Source: a virus. Taken from it: a stretch of DNA of 23,479 bases. Below, piece after piece: positions 1 through 8,386 of this stretch. Within the stretch, counting starts at the first letter, position 1; each line of letters begins with the position of its first letter. The position numbers were made by a program, and so were the translations under genes. The notes beneath the pieces are model-generated. The model was not told the origin of the DNA and did no database searches. It saw nothing but the letters and a program-made list of their open reading frames with translations. The DNA lies in IMG/VR virus record IMGVR_UViG_3300002038_000006, positions 1-23,479 of that record. The stretch is one strand, 5' to 3'.

Positions 1-1020
1 AAATCAACTACTACTACCTATGGCACTAGTAGAACTACTAGTAAGAGCACGAGTACGGGCTGGACTACTAGCTATAATACTTCATTTAATACTAGTAAGA
101 CTACTACTACTACTTACGGTACTAGTAGAGTTACCGGCTTCAACACTAGTAAAACAACTACAACCGGCTACGTGACTAACTATGGTACTTCATTTAATAC
201 TAGCAAGTCTACGACTACTACATTTAGTACTAGTAGAAGTACTAGCTTTAGTACTTATAAGTCAACTACTACTAGCTACACTACTAGTTATACCACATCA
301 CGCGGTACTAGTAGGTCTACTACAACTACGTGGAATACCAGTAGAGGTACTGCATGGAATACAAATAGGGGCACCACCACTACCTACGGTACAAGTTGGA
401 CCACTGGTCATTCGACTAGTAAGTCTACTACAACTACGTGGAATACCAGTGGAAGTACTACATGGAACACTAGTAAAAGTACAACTACTAGCTACACTAC
501 TAGTTATACTACTAATCGTACTACTAGTAAGTCCACAAATACTTCATGGTTAACGGTACATGTAACCATTGCCTCTACTAGTAAATCAACTACTACTACC
601 TATGGCACTAGTAGAGGCACTAGTAGAGGCACTACAACTAACTGGACTACTCAAAGGGCTACGTCCTTTAATACGGTAGCGACTGTATTGACCGAGTATA
701 ACACATCTAGAAATACTAGTAAGTCTACGACTACTAGCTATAATACTAGTAGAAGTACTACCTATGGCACTAGCAAGTCCACGACTACTACTTACAGTAC
801 CGGTTGGAATACTAATAAGTCTACTACGACAACTTGGGGCACTGATATAACAACCTCATTTAATACTAGTAAAACCACTACTACTGTATTTAATACTAAC
901 GTATCAACTAGTAAATCAACGACTACTTCATGGACTACTAGTTATTTAACTGACACAGTTACTAGTAAAACCACTACTACTGTATTTAATACTAGTAGAA
1001 CTACTAGTAAGAGCACAGTG
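1..1020 (+). repeat. DNA-level imperfect repeats within fibre 1 (ACTAGT-rich)
   Basis: Exact duplications: 33 bp at 1-33 and 583-615; 28 bp at 315-342 and 423-450; 34 bp at 865-898 and 961-994. Confidence 0.85.
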
Positions 1021-2010
1021 ACTGAATGGTTATCTGGTAGAACCACTAATTATAATACCACCTTCGGTACATTAACTAGTTATACTACGTCCAGAACTAC
1101 CAGTACTGCGTTTGTTACTATACGTGAAACTGACCGCACTACCAGCCAGTCTACTACGACTAACTGGACTGTGTCTTCTACTACTAGTGTAGCGATGACT
1201 ACTCAGACTAACACAGTTTGGGGAACTCAACGTTCTACTGATGAAGGCCGAAGTGCAACGACCACCACTGCTTGGACTACGTCTTACAGCACAGATGTAC
1301 AAACAACTGCTTCTACAACTACAAACTGGATGACAGACTTCCAGCGTGTTACTGATGTTGATGCAGGTAAGACTACAACTACACATTGGTCTACGTCGAA
1401 AGCTACGCAAACTGATTTTGCAACTGCATACTCGACTAACGTCAATACTGTAAGGTTCACTCAGTCTAACTGGACTACTTTTACGAATACAATCAAAGAA
1501 GTTGGTGAGTTGGTTACGTCTAAGAGTACCGTTTGGGATACAACCCGTGAGACGAATAGTTCATTCACTACTTCAGGTGGACAAGCTGTTCTAACCGATA
1601 CTAGCTGGCAGACTGCTAAGTCTACGTTGACTGTATGGTCAACAAGTACAGTTGGTTCAGGTGGCACAACGTTGAATACTGATACGTTACGTAGCACTAC
1701 AACATCTTGGTCTACAACTGTTCAGACAACTACTACTGTTGCTGGCGACCGTCAGACTACGACTGCGTGGACTACAACGTTCTCTACTACAGCGGACATT
1801 ACGTACACTACCAATGCGGAATACATTACTCAGTGGAGTACTGCAAGACAGACAGATGTGTTGAACGCAACATCAATCTTGACGTCTACTTCTTGGAACA
1901 CAACTGATTACTACGGTGCAGAACGTACTACAAGTCAAGTGGATACAACCGCTTGGATTACTGGTACTGAACATCAAACTCAGTGGGTTACAAGTCGTAC
2001 TACTTCTTAA
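1..2010 (+). CDS. Thr/Ser-rich repetitive fibre-like protein 1 (5'-partial)
   Basis: The frame is open from base 1 (KSTTTTYGTSRTTSKSTSTGWTT...) to TAA at 2008-2010, so the GTG at 172 is not the true start. Repeats are T-S-[KR]-S-T-T-T-x-[WYF]-x-T, the same architecture as the anchored fibre at 3873. Confidence 0.8.
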   Translation, partial: KSTTTTYGTSRTTSKSTSTGWTTSYNTSFNTSKTTTTTYGTSRVTGFNTSKTTTTGYVTNYGTSFNTSKSTTTTFSTSRSTSFSTYKSTTTSYTTSYTTSRGTSRSTTTTWNTSRGTAWNTNRGTTTTYGTSWTTGHSTSKSTTTTWNTSGSTTWNTSKSTTTSYTTSYTTNRTTSKSTNTSWLTVHVTIASTSKSTTTTYGTSRGTSRGTTTNWTTQRATSFNTVATVLTEYNTSRNTSKSTTTSYNTSRSTTYGTSKSTTTTYSTGWNTNKSTTTTWGTDITTSFNTSKTTTTVFNTNVSTSKSTTTSWTTSYLTDTVTSKTTTTVFNTSRTTSKSTVTEWLSGRTTNYNTTFGTLTSYTTSRTTSTAFVTIRETDRTTSQSTTTNWTVSSTTSVAMTTQTNTVWGTQRSTDEGRSATTTTAWTTSYSTDVQTTASTTTNWMTDFQRVTDVDAGKTTTTHWSTSKATQTDFATAYSTNVNTVRFTQSNWTTFTNTIKEVGELVTSKSTVWDTTRETNSSFTTSGGQAVLTDTSWQTAKSTLTVWSTSTVGSGGTTLNTDTLRSTTTSWSTTVQTTTTVAGDRQTTTAWTTTFSTTADITYTTNAEYITQWSTARQTDVLNATSILTSTSWNTTDYYGAERTTSQVDTTAWITGTEHQTQWVTSRTTS

Positions 2011-2019
2011 TCTAAATAA

Positions 2020-2041
2020 GGGACTGGGGAAACTCAGTCCC
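2020..2041 (+). terminator. GAAA-loop hairpin with weak U-tail (attenuator or stabiliser)
   Basis: GGGACTGGG-GAAA-CTCAGTCCC just after the fibre 1 stop, followed only by ATGTT on the + strand. Confidence 0.55.
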
Positions 2042-2060
2042 ATGTTAAAGGATAGTTAAA

Positions 2061-2828
2061 TTGAATACTACAACAAGTAACCGTTACAATACCTTTGCTG
2101 CCATATGTGATGAGAGAAACGTTGAACTCATCGCTGACCATAAAAGCAATACTGGTATTAGTCGTAAAAGTAACGCGTTAATAATCGGGGAACTATTGGG
2201 GGGTATTATATTACTTCCTCAGTTATTAGGACTTCGACTGAAGAACTTGAATGCTGCACTTAACGATAATAGCCATGGCAATTCTATTGGCGAGTTAATA
2301 CCTGAAGCAGACCTTCCGGATAATGGAATGAAGTTGATGGTTATGCCTGAACTACTTGTCTTGGAGATTACACCTAAGTGTTGTAATCAAATCGTTGATT
2401 GGGCTGATGGTGAACCTTGTTTAGTTATACCCAAGGATGATACTCCACCAGAGTTGATTCAGGCGTTACACGCCACTGGGGACAACTTCACTATCCTACC
2501 AGTTGATTCTGATAAATCGGATTTACTACGTAGGTCCAAAGAAGTATTGTGCAGTACAGTCGATGGGTTAGCCATAGAAGCCATATGGTACAACAAACCT
2601 CTCTCCTTTATGATAGAAGGCAGGTCCCACGACGTAGGCCCGTTTAGACTGCTAAACATTCTCTTGTCCAATGATTGCGAGAATCGACATAAGCGTCTTA
2701 ACAATTTTCTGAACTCAGAGTTTGGTGGCTTCTTCTTACCCGGTAAGCAAGGACTTACTGAACTCCGAACATTCCTAGCGAAACACGAGGATAATCATGA
2801 AAGATTTACCAACCCACATCGCTCTTAA
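2061..2828 (+). CDS. Hypothetical protein, degenerate GT-B / KpsS-KpsC-like (capsule synthesis-like) domain
   Basis: AAGGA RBS and TTG start. DLLRRSKEVLCSTVDGLAIEAIWYNKPL resembles the GT-B C-terminal motif (LL..sd.v.t..S...iEA...gKPv). The usual upstream HP motif is not present. Overlaps the rSAM start by 32 nt. Confidence 0.5.
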   Translation: MNTTTSNRYNTFAAICDERNVELIADHKSNTGISRKSNALIIGELLGGIILLPQLLGLRLKNLNAALNDNSHGNSIGELIPEADLPDNGMKLMVMPELLVLEITPKCCNQIVDWADGEPCLVIPKDDTPPELIQALHATGDNFTILPVDSDKSDLLRRSKEVLCSTVDGLAIEAIWYNKPLSFMIEGRSHDVGPFRLLNILLSNDCENRHKRLNNFLNSEFGGFFLPGKQGLTELRTFLAKHEDNHERFTNPHRS

Positions 2829-3759
2829 CATGACCAGTGCCTGTAACATGGATTGCTCATATTGCTACATGGATAAATTAAATTCCGGTAAGCGTATGTC
2901 AAACCAAGTTCTTGACGGCGTCATTGAGATGATTAACAAAACCGATGACGGCCAACGATTCCAAGTTAGCTTCTTCGGCGGTGAACCTACTCTTGCTAGT
3001 CGTAGCATTGGGTACTTTATCGATAACGCAAACCTTGACAAAATCGAAGGTTTCTCATTAACTACTAACGGCACAAACATTGATGTTGTAAACCATGTTG
3101 CAAGACGTGGCTTTGAAATGACCAATGGTCGTATTATGACTAGGGTACTTGTATCTAACAAAGATGTACGTGCCCCTGCTGAAGAGCTTGACCTTGAAGT
3201 AGTTGCAAACTCTTACCGTTACATCGTTGGTGTCGATACCATTGATGAAGTTGACGAAGCATTAGTTACCGAACTTCTTGAAAGTGAATTCATTCAAGTT
3301 GACTTCCGTTTTGACTACTACGCCAACTGGGAAGAAGTTGACCAGACTAAGGTGAACCGTGTTATTGAAATGTTACGTACATTCCAGAATACAACCAACC
3401 GCCTTAAGTTCCAACCACCTAAGATACTTGAAGCTATGGTGCAGAAGAAATGTCCTGCTCCACACATGAGCATCGACACTGACGGCGGTATCATGCCTTG
3501 TCACCGTATGTTCAACAGTACTCGTGGTATCGGTATGTCTGTAGGTAATATCCTAGAAGATATGGATAGTGCGGTTGCTCAGTTAGCGAAGTTCCATTCC
3601 GAAGTTCACTTCAGTACTGGCTGTGTAGGCTTCACTGAAAACTTTGGTCAGGACAGCGACATTCACGTTCTTAACCTTGGTACTCTGAACTATGAAGACA
3701 AGAGTAGTAAGATGACAGAAGGCGTGCTACAAGCCGCTGGTGAAATGAGTTGTCGTTAA
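2797..3759 (+). CDS. Radical SAM protein with C-terminal twitch/SPASM-like region (anSME/peptide maturase-like)
   Basis: CNMDCSYC (CxxxCxxC), FFGGEP, TTNG, and C-terminal KCPAPHMSIDTDGGIMPCH (C...DG.i.PC). GAGGA RBS. Confidence 0.92.
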   Translation: MKDLPTHIALNMTSACNMDCSYCYMDKLNSGKRMSNQVLDGVIEMINKTDDGQRFQVSFFGGEPTLASRSIGYFIDNANLDKIEGFSLTTNGTNIDVVNHVARRGFEMTNGRIMTRVLVSNKDVRAPAEELDLEVVANSYRYIVGVDTIDEVDEALVTELLESEFIQVDFRFDYYANWEEVDQTKVNRVIEMLRTFQNTTNRLKFQPPKILEAMVQKKCPAPHMSIDTDGGIMPCHRMFNSTRGIGMSVGNILEDMDSAVAQLAKFHSEVHFSTGCVGFTENFGQDSDIHVLNLGTLNYEDKSSKMTEGVLQAAGEMSCR

Positions 3760-3790
3760 TTAGGTAATTCAAAAAATTACATTTATAGGA

Positions 3791-3814
3791 GGAGGGCGAG
3801 AGCTCTCCCCTTTT
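3791..3814 (+). terminator. Intrinsic terminator
   Basis: GGAGGGC-GAGA-GCTCTCC stem-loop followed by CCTTTT, downstream of the rSAM gene. Confidence 0.75.
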
Positions 3815-3872
3815 ATATGACCGGACGCGGTTAAATAGAAGATTCTAGAATGTTTTATAAGGATTAATCCCT

Positions 3873-6800
3873 ATGTCAATCGAACCTATTATTAAATATC
3901 CGTTCGATAGTACAGCTGAGTCACCGACGAATTATTTCCAAAATGAGAGTCACGTGATTGAGCCGGATGGGCAAAAGACAATAGTGGTAAGGGCAGGTCC
4001 CTTCTACAGCGATAAGCTTATTGTTCACACCCCATCGTCTATCGAACCTCTTGTACGTGGTGATGATTACCATGTAAAGTATCTTTTCGAAGATGCGACA
4101 TTGAAGACAGGTAAAGAAGTTCACATAGCCATTTCAATGGTTGACCCTAACTGGCACGGAGAGTTATTAATCTCTGGTCAAGTTGTGGGTGGTGACTACT
4201 CTCACCTGTATCCGACGGTTGTAGATATAGTAAATGAGATTCGCAAGAATTACGAAACAGTAAGTTATCATGACCTTGAAGACTTACCTACCGCTTTCCC
4301 ACCTGTAAGCCATCCACATGACGTCAATGACTTGACTAACATGGATGAATTGATTGCTGCTATTAAAGAGAACAGTCAAAGCTTAGCTGGTACGTTGTTG
4401 TTTAACCAACGACCTTTGGAACGCATCGTAGCCCAAGCAGTTTCACGTACTGACCGTTTACAACGTCAGCCATTTGAAGGTTCTACCTACGTTGGCAGAC
4501 ACACTGGTCCCCTGACATTTATAATGCCGGGTACGCAAACTCACAATTCTAACTTTGTTGCTCGCATCCAAGTTCAGAACCATGAAAGCTTTGAAGTCTT
4601 AACTGTCTCTGGTCAAGAGAACATCGAGTTAATCGAAAAGGTTAAGGTACATGGCGATTCGGATTACGATGTAGATATATATCGCGATAAGAACATGCGT
4701 ATCTGTGTCTCGATGGGTGACGACGCTACCGAGTGGATAGATGCTACTGTTGCAATCGACAGTATTATGTGGAGTGTAGATGACCCCGTATATCGTGAAG
4801 TTCCTTTACGTTGGTCACATCTATCGATAGACACGTTGAAAACACGTGAACCTACCCACATGGAAAAAATTCTTGTTGTTGGTGCACAGACCAAGAATAA
4901 GATGTATGGATATAGTGATGGTATTTTACCTAACTTCCCAGTAGTAGCGCAAGTTATGTCTCTTGATGAGCCTACTGAAGAAGAAACTCGTCTAAGAGAA
5001 ATCGAAGCGGGACTAAGCTTACTTGAACCAGCATCTTTTGGTACACTAACAAGACCTGAAATTGAAGGTGCAGCAATCCGTCAATGGGTTAGCTTAACTG
5101 ACGATAGCGGTACTAATACGATACTTCGTGTTGCGACTATTCCTGAGGGGATGATTGATGACATGGATAACTCAATGCGTTGGGTACTTCGTGTTAATGA
5201 CCTAGACGGTTATGTCTACAGTGAGCCGGGTACTATTTTATCCGATGGTTCTGTAGCATGGCGTTTTGCAGGTTCTGAATTAGCTGATTGGCATTACTGG
5301 GAATTCGGTAGAGCGATACAAGAACGTCTTGAGTTGGCTAAAGTTCCAATGCACGCACTTGACAGTATCACTAAACCTGAAGAGCTTGACCCGTACATTC
5401 ACAATGTTGTTCCTACGTGGGGCACTATTTGGGATACGGACTACGGTACTACTTACTCTACCACTGAGTACGAGAAAGAGAATACTGCATGGCTTACACA
5501 CTCAGGTCCTGAAGCTACAACTCAGCGCAGCACTAATTGGTCTACTAGTTTACTTACGAGTAAAACTACTACCATTGCGGGTGATGGAGATTACCAGACT
5601 CTGTGGACAACCACTAAGTCAACCTCTACTACCTACAACACTGGTTACAATACCAACACTTCTCGTAGTACTTCTAAGTCTACGTCAACTACTTGGTCTA
5701 CCGGTACTGGTAAAACAACCAATCGTAATACGTCGAAGTCAACGACTACGGCATGGACAACCTCTTACTCGACTACCAAGTCGCGTAATACAAATGCTGG
5801 AACACAAACCAATTGGACCACTTCTAAGTCTACCACTAAGTCGCATACCACAACGGTTAGCACAGGTGGAACTAAGACAACTAGTAAGAGTACAACGACT
5901 AGTTACGGAACCAACTATGGTACTAACTTCAATACGAGTTACAGTACCAGTAAGTCAACGACAACTGTCTTCGGAACAAGTAAGTCTACAACCACTACCT
6001 ACAATACTGGTTATGGTTCAAACTACACTACTAGTTACAATACAAGTCGTTCGACAAGCACAGGTTGGACAACGTCGCACGCGACTACCAAGTCAACTAC
6101 GACAAGCTATCAAGCATCTCGTAATACTACGTACAGTAAGTCAACCACTAAAGTTGCGTCTCGTAGTACCAGTACCAGTTACAACACTAGCTGGAGTACT
6201 TCTCATAGTACATCTATTGGTACATCTAAGACGACTACAACCACATGGTCTACTTCGCATTCTAAGTCTACTACTAAGTCAACTACGAAACCTCGCAGTA
6301 CTTCAGTTAATACGACTAAGTCTACAAGTAAGACAACCAGTTGGACAACCAGTTATTTAACTGTAATTGGTAGTGCTTTCGTACCACTACCCGTTCTACT
6401 AGTGGTACAACTACTTGGAACTACACTGGTTCTACTAACCGTAATACCTCTTACTCTGCGAACACCACCTATAATACTTCTTGGAATGCAAATACCAATA
6501 GAAGTACAACTACGGGATGGACAAGTAATTACAACACGAGTTACAACACTAGTAAGGCCACTTCTAGGTCTACCACTACATCGTGGAATTACAGTGCAAC
6601 TACTTCTTGGGATGTCAGTACTAGTTACGCGGCTTCTAAGAATACGACAACGGGTTATAACACTAGTTATGACACAGCACGTTCAACTACTACTAGCTGG
6701 ACAACCAACCACACAACTAGTGGTGGTGTTACCAAGTCTACGTCGCATAGTACAAACACTGGGTGGAATACTAGTAAAGCTACAAGTACTGTTTGGAACA

Positions 6801-7169
6801 CGTCACGCACAACCAGTAAAGCTACATCGCACACTACAAGTAAATCTACAACTACTAGTTTCAATACTGGCATTACAGGTAATACTTCTTGGACGACTAG
6901 CTACAGTGCTAACACAAGTTACACAACTGGCAAATCAACCACGACAACATGGGCGACTAACTACTCAGGTTCTACGTCACGAGGCACGAACAAGTCTACT
7001 AATACTGCATGGTCAACTAGTTACCAAACTGGTATTACCAAGAATACTAGTAGAAATACAACTACAACGTATACAACTACGTTTAGTACTGTTACTGCTG
7101 TGGCAACTAGTAAGAACACAAACACTGCTTACCAAACATCTCGTACGACAACAGGCTTCAGTAATGTAA
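3873..7169 (+). CDS. Virion fibre protein 2, N-terminal part: phiKZ gp131-family-like anchor domain, middle domain, then Thr/Ser repeats (authentic frame ends ~6379)
   Basis: N-terminal motifs YPFD.T...N....E.H, GPFY, L.RG.DY, GK.V, VGGDY and P..FPP..HPH are typical of phiKZ-like tail/fibre proteins. T/S repeats begin at ~5410. After 6380 this frame becomes an out-of-frame Leu/Val-rich read-through. Confidence 0.8.
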   Translation: MSIEPIIKYPFDSTAESPTNYFQNESHVIEPDGQKTIVVRAGPFYSDKLIVHTPSSIEPLVRGDDYHVKYLFEDATLKTGKEVHIAISMVDPNWHGELLISGQVVGGDYSHLYPTVVDIVNEIRKNYETVSYHDLEDLPTAFPPVSHPHDVNDLTNMDELIAAIKENSQSLAGTLLFNQRPLERIVAQAVSRTDRLQRQPFEGSTYVGRHTGPLTFIMPGTQTHNSNFVARIQVQNHESFEVLTVSGQENIELIEKVKVHGDSDYDVDIYRDKNMRICVSMGDDATEWIDATVAIDSIMWSVDDPVYREVPLRWSHLSIDTLKTREPTHMEKILVVGAQTKNKMYGYSDGILPNFPVVAQVMSLDEPTEEETRLREIEAGLSLLEPASFGTLTRPEIEGAAIRQWVSLTDDSGTNTILRVATIPEGMIDDMDNSMRWVLRVNDLDGYVYSEPGTILSDGSVAWRFAGSELADWHYWEFGRAIQERLELAKVPMHALDSITKPEELDPYIHNVVPTWGTIWDTDYGTTYSTTEYEKENTAWLTHSGPEATTQRSTNWSTSLLTSKTTTIAGDGDYQTLWTTTKSTSTTYNTGYNTNTSRSTSKSTSTTWSTGTGKTTNRNTSKSTTTAWTTSYSTTKSRNTNAGTQTNWTTSKSTTKSHTTTVSTGGTKTTSKSTTTSYGTNYGTNFNTSYSTSKSTTTVFGTSKSTTTTYNTGYGSNYTTSYNTSRSTSTGWTTSHATTKSTTTSYQASRNTTYSKSTTKVASRSTSTSYNTSWSTSHSTSIGTSKTTTTTWSTSHSKSTTKSTTKPRSTSVNTTKSTSKTTSWTTSYLTVIGSAFVPLPVLLVVQLLGTTLVLLTVIPLTLRTPPIILLGMQIPIEVQLRDGQVITTRVTTLVRPLLGLPLHRGITVQLLLGMSVLVTRLLRIRQRVITLVMTQHVQLLLAGQPTTQLVVVLPSLRRIVQTLGGILVKLQVLFGTRHAQPVKLHRTLQVNLQLLVSILALQVILLGRLATVLTQVTQLANQPRQHGRLTTQVLRHEARTSLLILHGQLVTKLVLPRILVEIQLQRIQLRLVLLLLWQLVRTQTLLTKHLVRQQASVM

Positions 7170-8368
7170 GCGTCGACAGATTGACGGAACAAGTAACGTC
7201 TGTGGCTACTACTGGTGAGAAATTGACTACATGGTCAACGACTCGTAGTACAAGCGGTGAAAGAGTTGCACAAACTACTACAAGCTGGTCTACGGACTAT
7301 GTGGATGGTACGTCTTGGACAACATCTCGCATTACTAATGTTGGGACAAGTAGAACAACTAACACAACTGTTGACACTTCAGCAACTACCACACTTACTA
7401 CCGATAGTACTTTCGAGACTTCTTGGGAAACAAATGTGGATACAAGTATTTCAACATCAGCTACTACGACAACCTCGTGGAACACTGTACGTGAAACATC
7501 TTGGTTAACTGCTAAGACTACAGTGACTGTATTCTCTACAGTGGTTGAAGGTGTAACTAGAGAGACCATAACTTCTTGGACTTCTGACTTCACTACTTCA
7601 CACAGCACAAGTATTAATACAAGTGCTACAACCACAACAACTTGGACTACTAATGGCGGTGCTACTCGTACGACAACGGCGGATACAACAACAAGTGGTT
7701 CAGTAACAACGACAACGACATGGGCAACTAACGTGTCTACACAGACTCAATGGTCTACTGCGGCGAATACTAGCTGGACAACCGGCATGAATACAACGCA
7801 TACTAAGACTACCTCTGGGTCTACAGCTACTAGCTGGACAAGTTCGCATGTTACTAGTTTCAATACAAGTGTACTTACTGACATTCAATGGCAGACTAAC
7901 AAACATACTCGTTGGAACACTTCAATTACTACTACAGTACAAACAGGTGCTACTATTACTACTAAGTGGGAAACTCAGGCTTCTACAGCTGGACAAACAC
8001 TTATGGCATTACGTAACACTACTACGGCAAATGTTACTAACGTATCTACGTCTTGGACTACCCAAGCTACTACGTCACATAACACTTCTCGTGGTACAAC
8101 AGTAAGTTGGCAAACAGCTGACGCTAATGACCCTACCGCTACGGTAACGACAAGCGCAGATGTGAGCACTTCTTGGTCTGAAGAGTCCGAGGTTTCTGTT
8201 ACTACAAGTAGTTCGTACATGACGGCTGTTGAGCAAGAGTTCTTAACGGAGCACACGCAAGACACCGATTGGTACACCAACATTAATACTGATGTTCTTA
8301 CTACTAAGACATCGTCTGTATTGACAGCGGTTACTACATCTCGTGATACGAGTTGGCAAGGCACTTAA
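6374..8368 (+). CDS. Virion fibre protein 2, C-terminal Thr/Ser-rich part (-1 frame continuation; joined product ~1498 aa)
   Basis: The frame of ORF 7100..8368 is stop-free back to TAG at 6371-6373 and reads RTTTRSTSGTTTWNYTGSTNRNTSY..., continuing the repeats seamlessly. Confidence 0.8.
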   Translation, partial: CFRTTTRSTSGTTTWNYTGSTNRNTSYSANTTYNTSWNANTNRSTTTGWTSNYNTSYNTSKATSRSTTTSWNYSATTSWDVSTSYAASKNTTTGYNTSYDTARSTTTSWTTNHTTSGGVTKSTSHSTNTGWNTSKATSTVWNTSRTTSKATSHTTSKSTTTSFNTGITGNTSWTTSYSANTSYTTGKSTTTTWATNYSGSTSRGTNKSTNTAWSTSYQTGITKNTSRNTTTTYTTTFSTVTAVATSKNTNTAYQTSRTTTGFSNVSVDRLTEQVTSVATTGEKLTTWSTTRSTSGERVAQTTTSWSTDYVDGTSWTTSRITNVGTSRTTNTTVDTSATTTLTTDSTFETSWETNVDTSISTSATTTTSWNTVRETSWLTAKTTVTVFSTVVEGVTRETITSWTSDFTTSHSTSINTSATTTTTWTTNGGATRTTTADTTTSGSVTTTTTWATNVSTQTQWSTAANTSWTTGMNTTHTKTTSGSTATSWTSSHVTSFNTSVLTDIQWQTNKHTRWNTSITTTVQTGATITTKWETQASTAGQTLMALRNTTTANVTNVSTSWTTQATTSHNTSRGTTVSWQTADANDPTATVTTSADVSTSWSEESEVSVTTSSSYMTAVEQEFLTEHTQDTDWYTNINTDVLTTKTSSVLTAVTTSRDTSWQGT

Positions 8369-8386
8369 TTGTTAACGGCATAATCT

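Noticed and set aside
1-1020. CRISPR-like array
   Set aside because: The repeats are in-frame coding duplications of different sequences with irregular spacing, not a constant repeat with unique spacers.
1707-1907. Cys/Tyr-rich 66-aa ORF as a possible rSAM precursor peptide
   Set aside because: It lies wholly inside fibre 1 in another frame with a TTG start. The Tyr/Cys content follows from shifted Thr/Ala codons.
6381-7169. ~260-aa Leu/Val-rich hydrophobic tail of the 1098-aa ORF
   Set aside because: It is an out-of-frame reading of ACT/AGT codons (CTA/GTA). Thr/Ser-rich DNA rarely yields stops in that frame.
182-8364. Overlapping alternative-frame and antisense ORFs (182-553, 5329-6360, 7297-7635, 7975-8364, etc.)
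   Set aside because: These are compositional shadows of the T/S repeats with no RBS or motif support.
1-8368. Diversity-generating retroelement TR/VR pair between the two fibre genes
   Set aside because: There is no reverse transcriptase in the window, and no long repeat pair differing only at adenines was seen.
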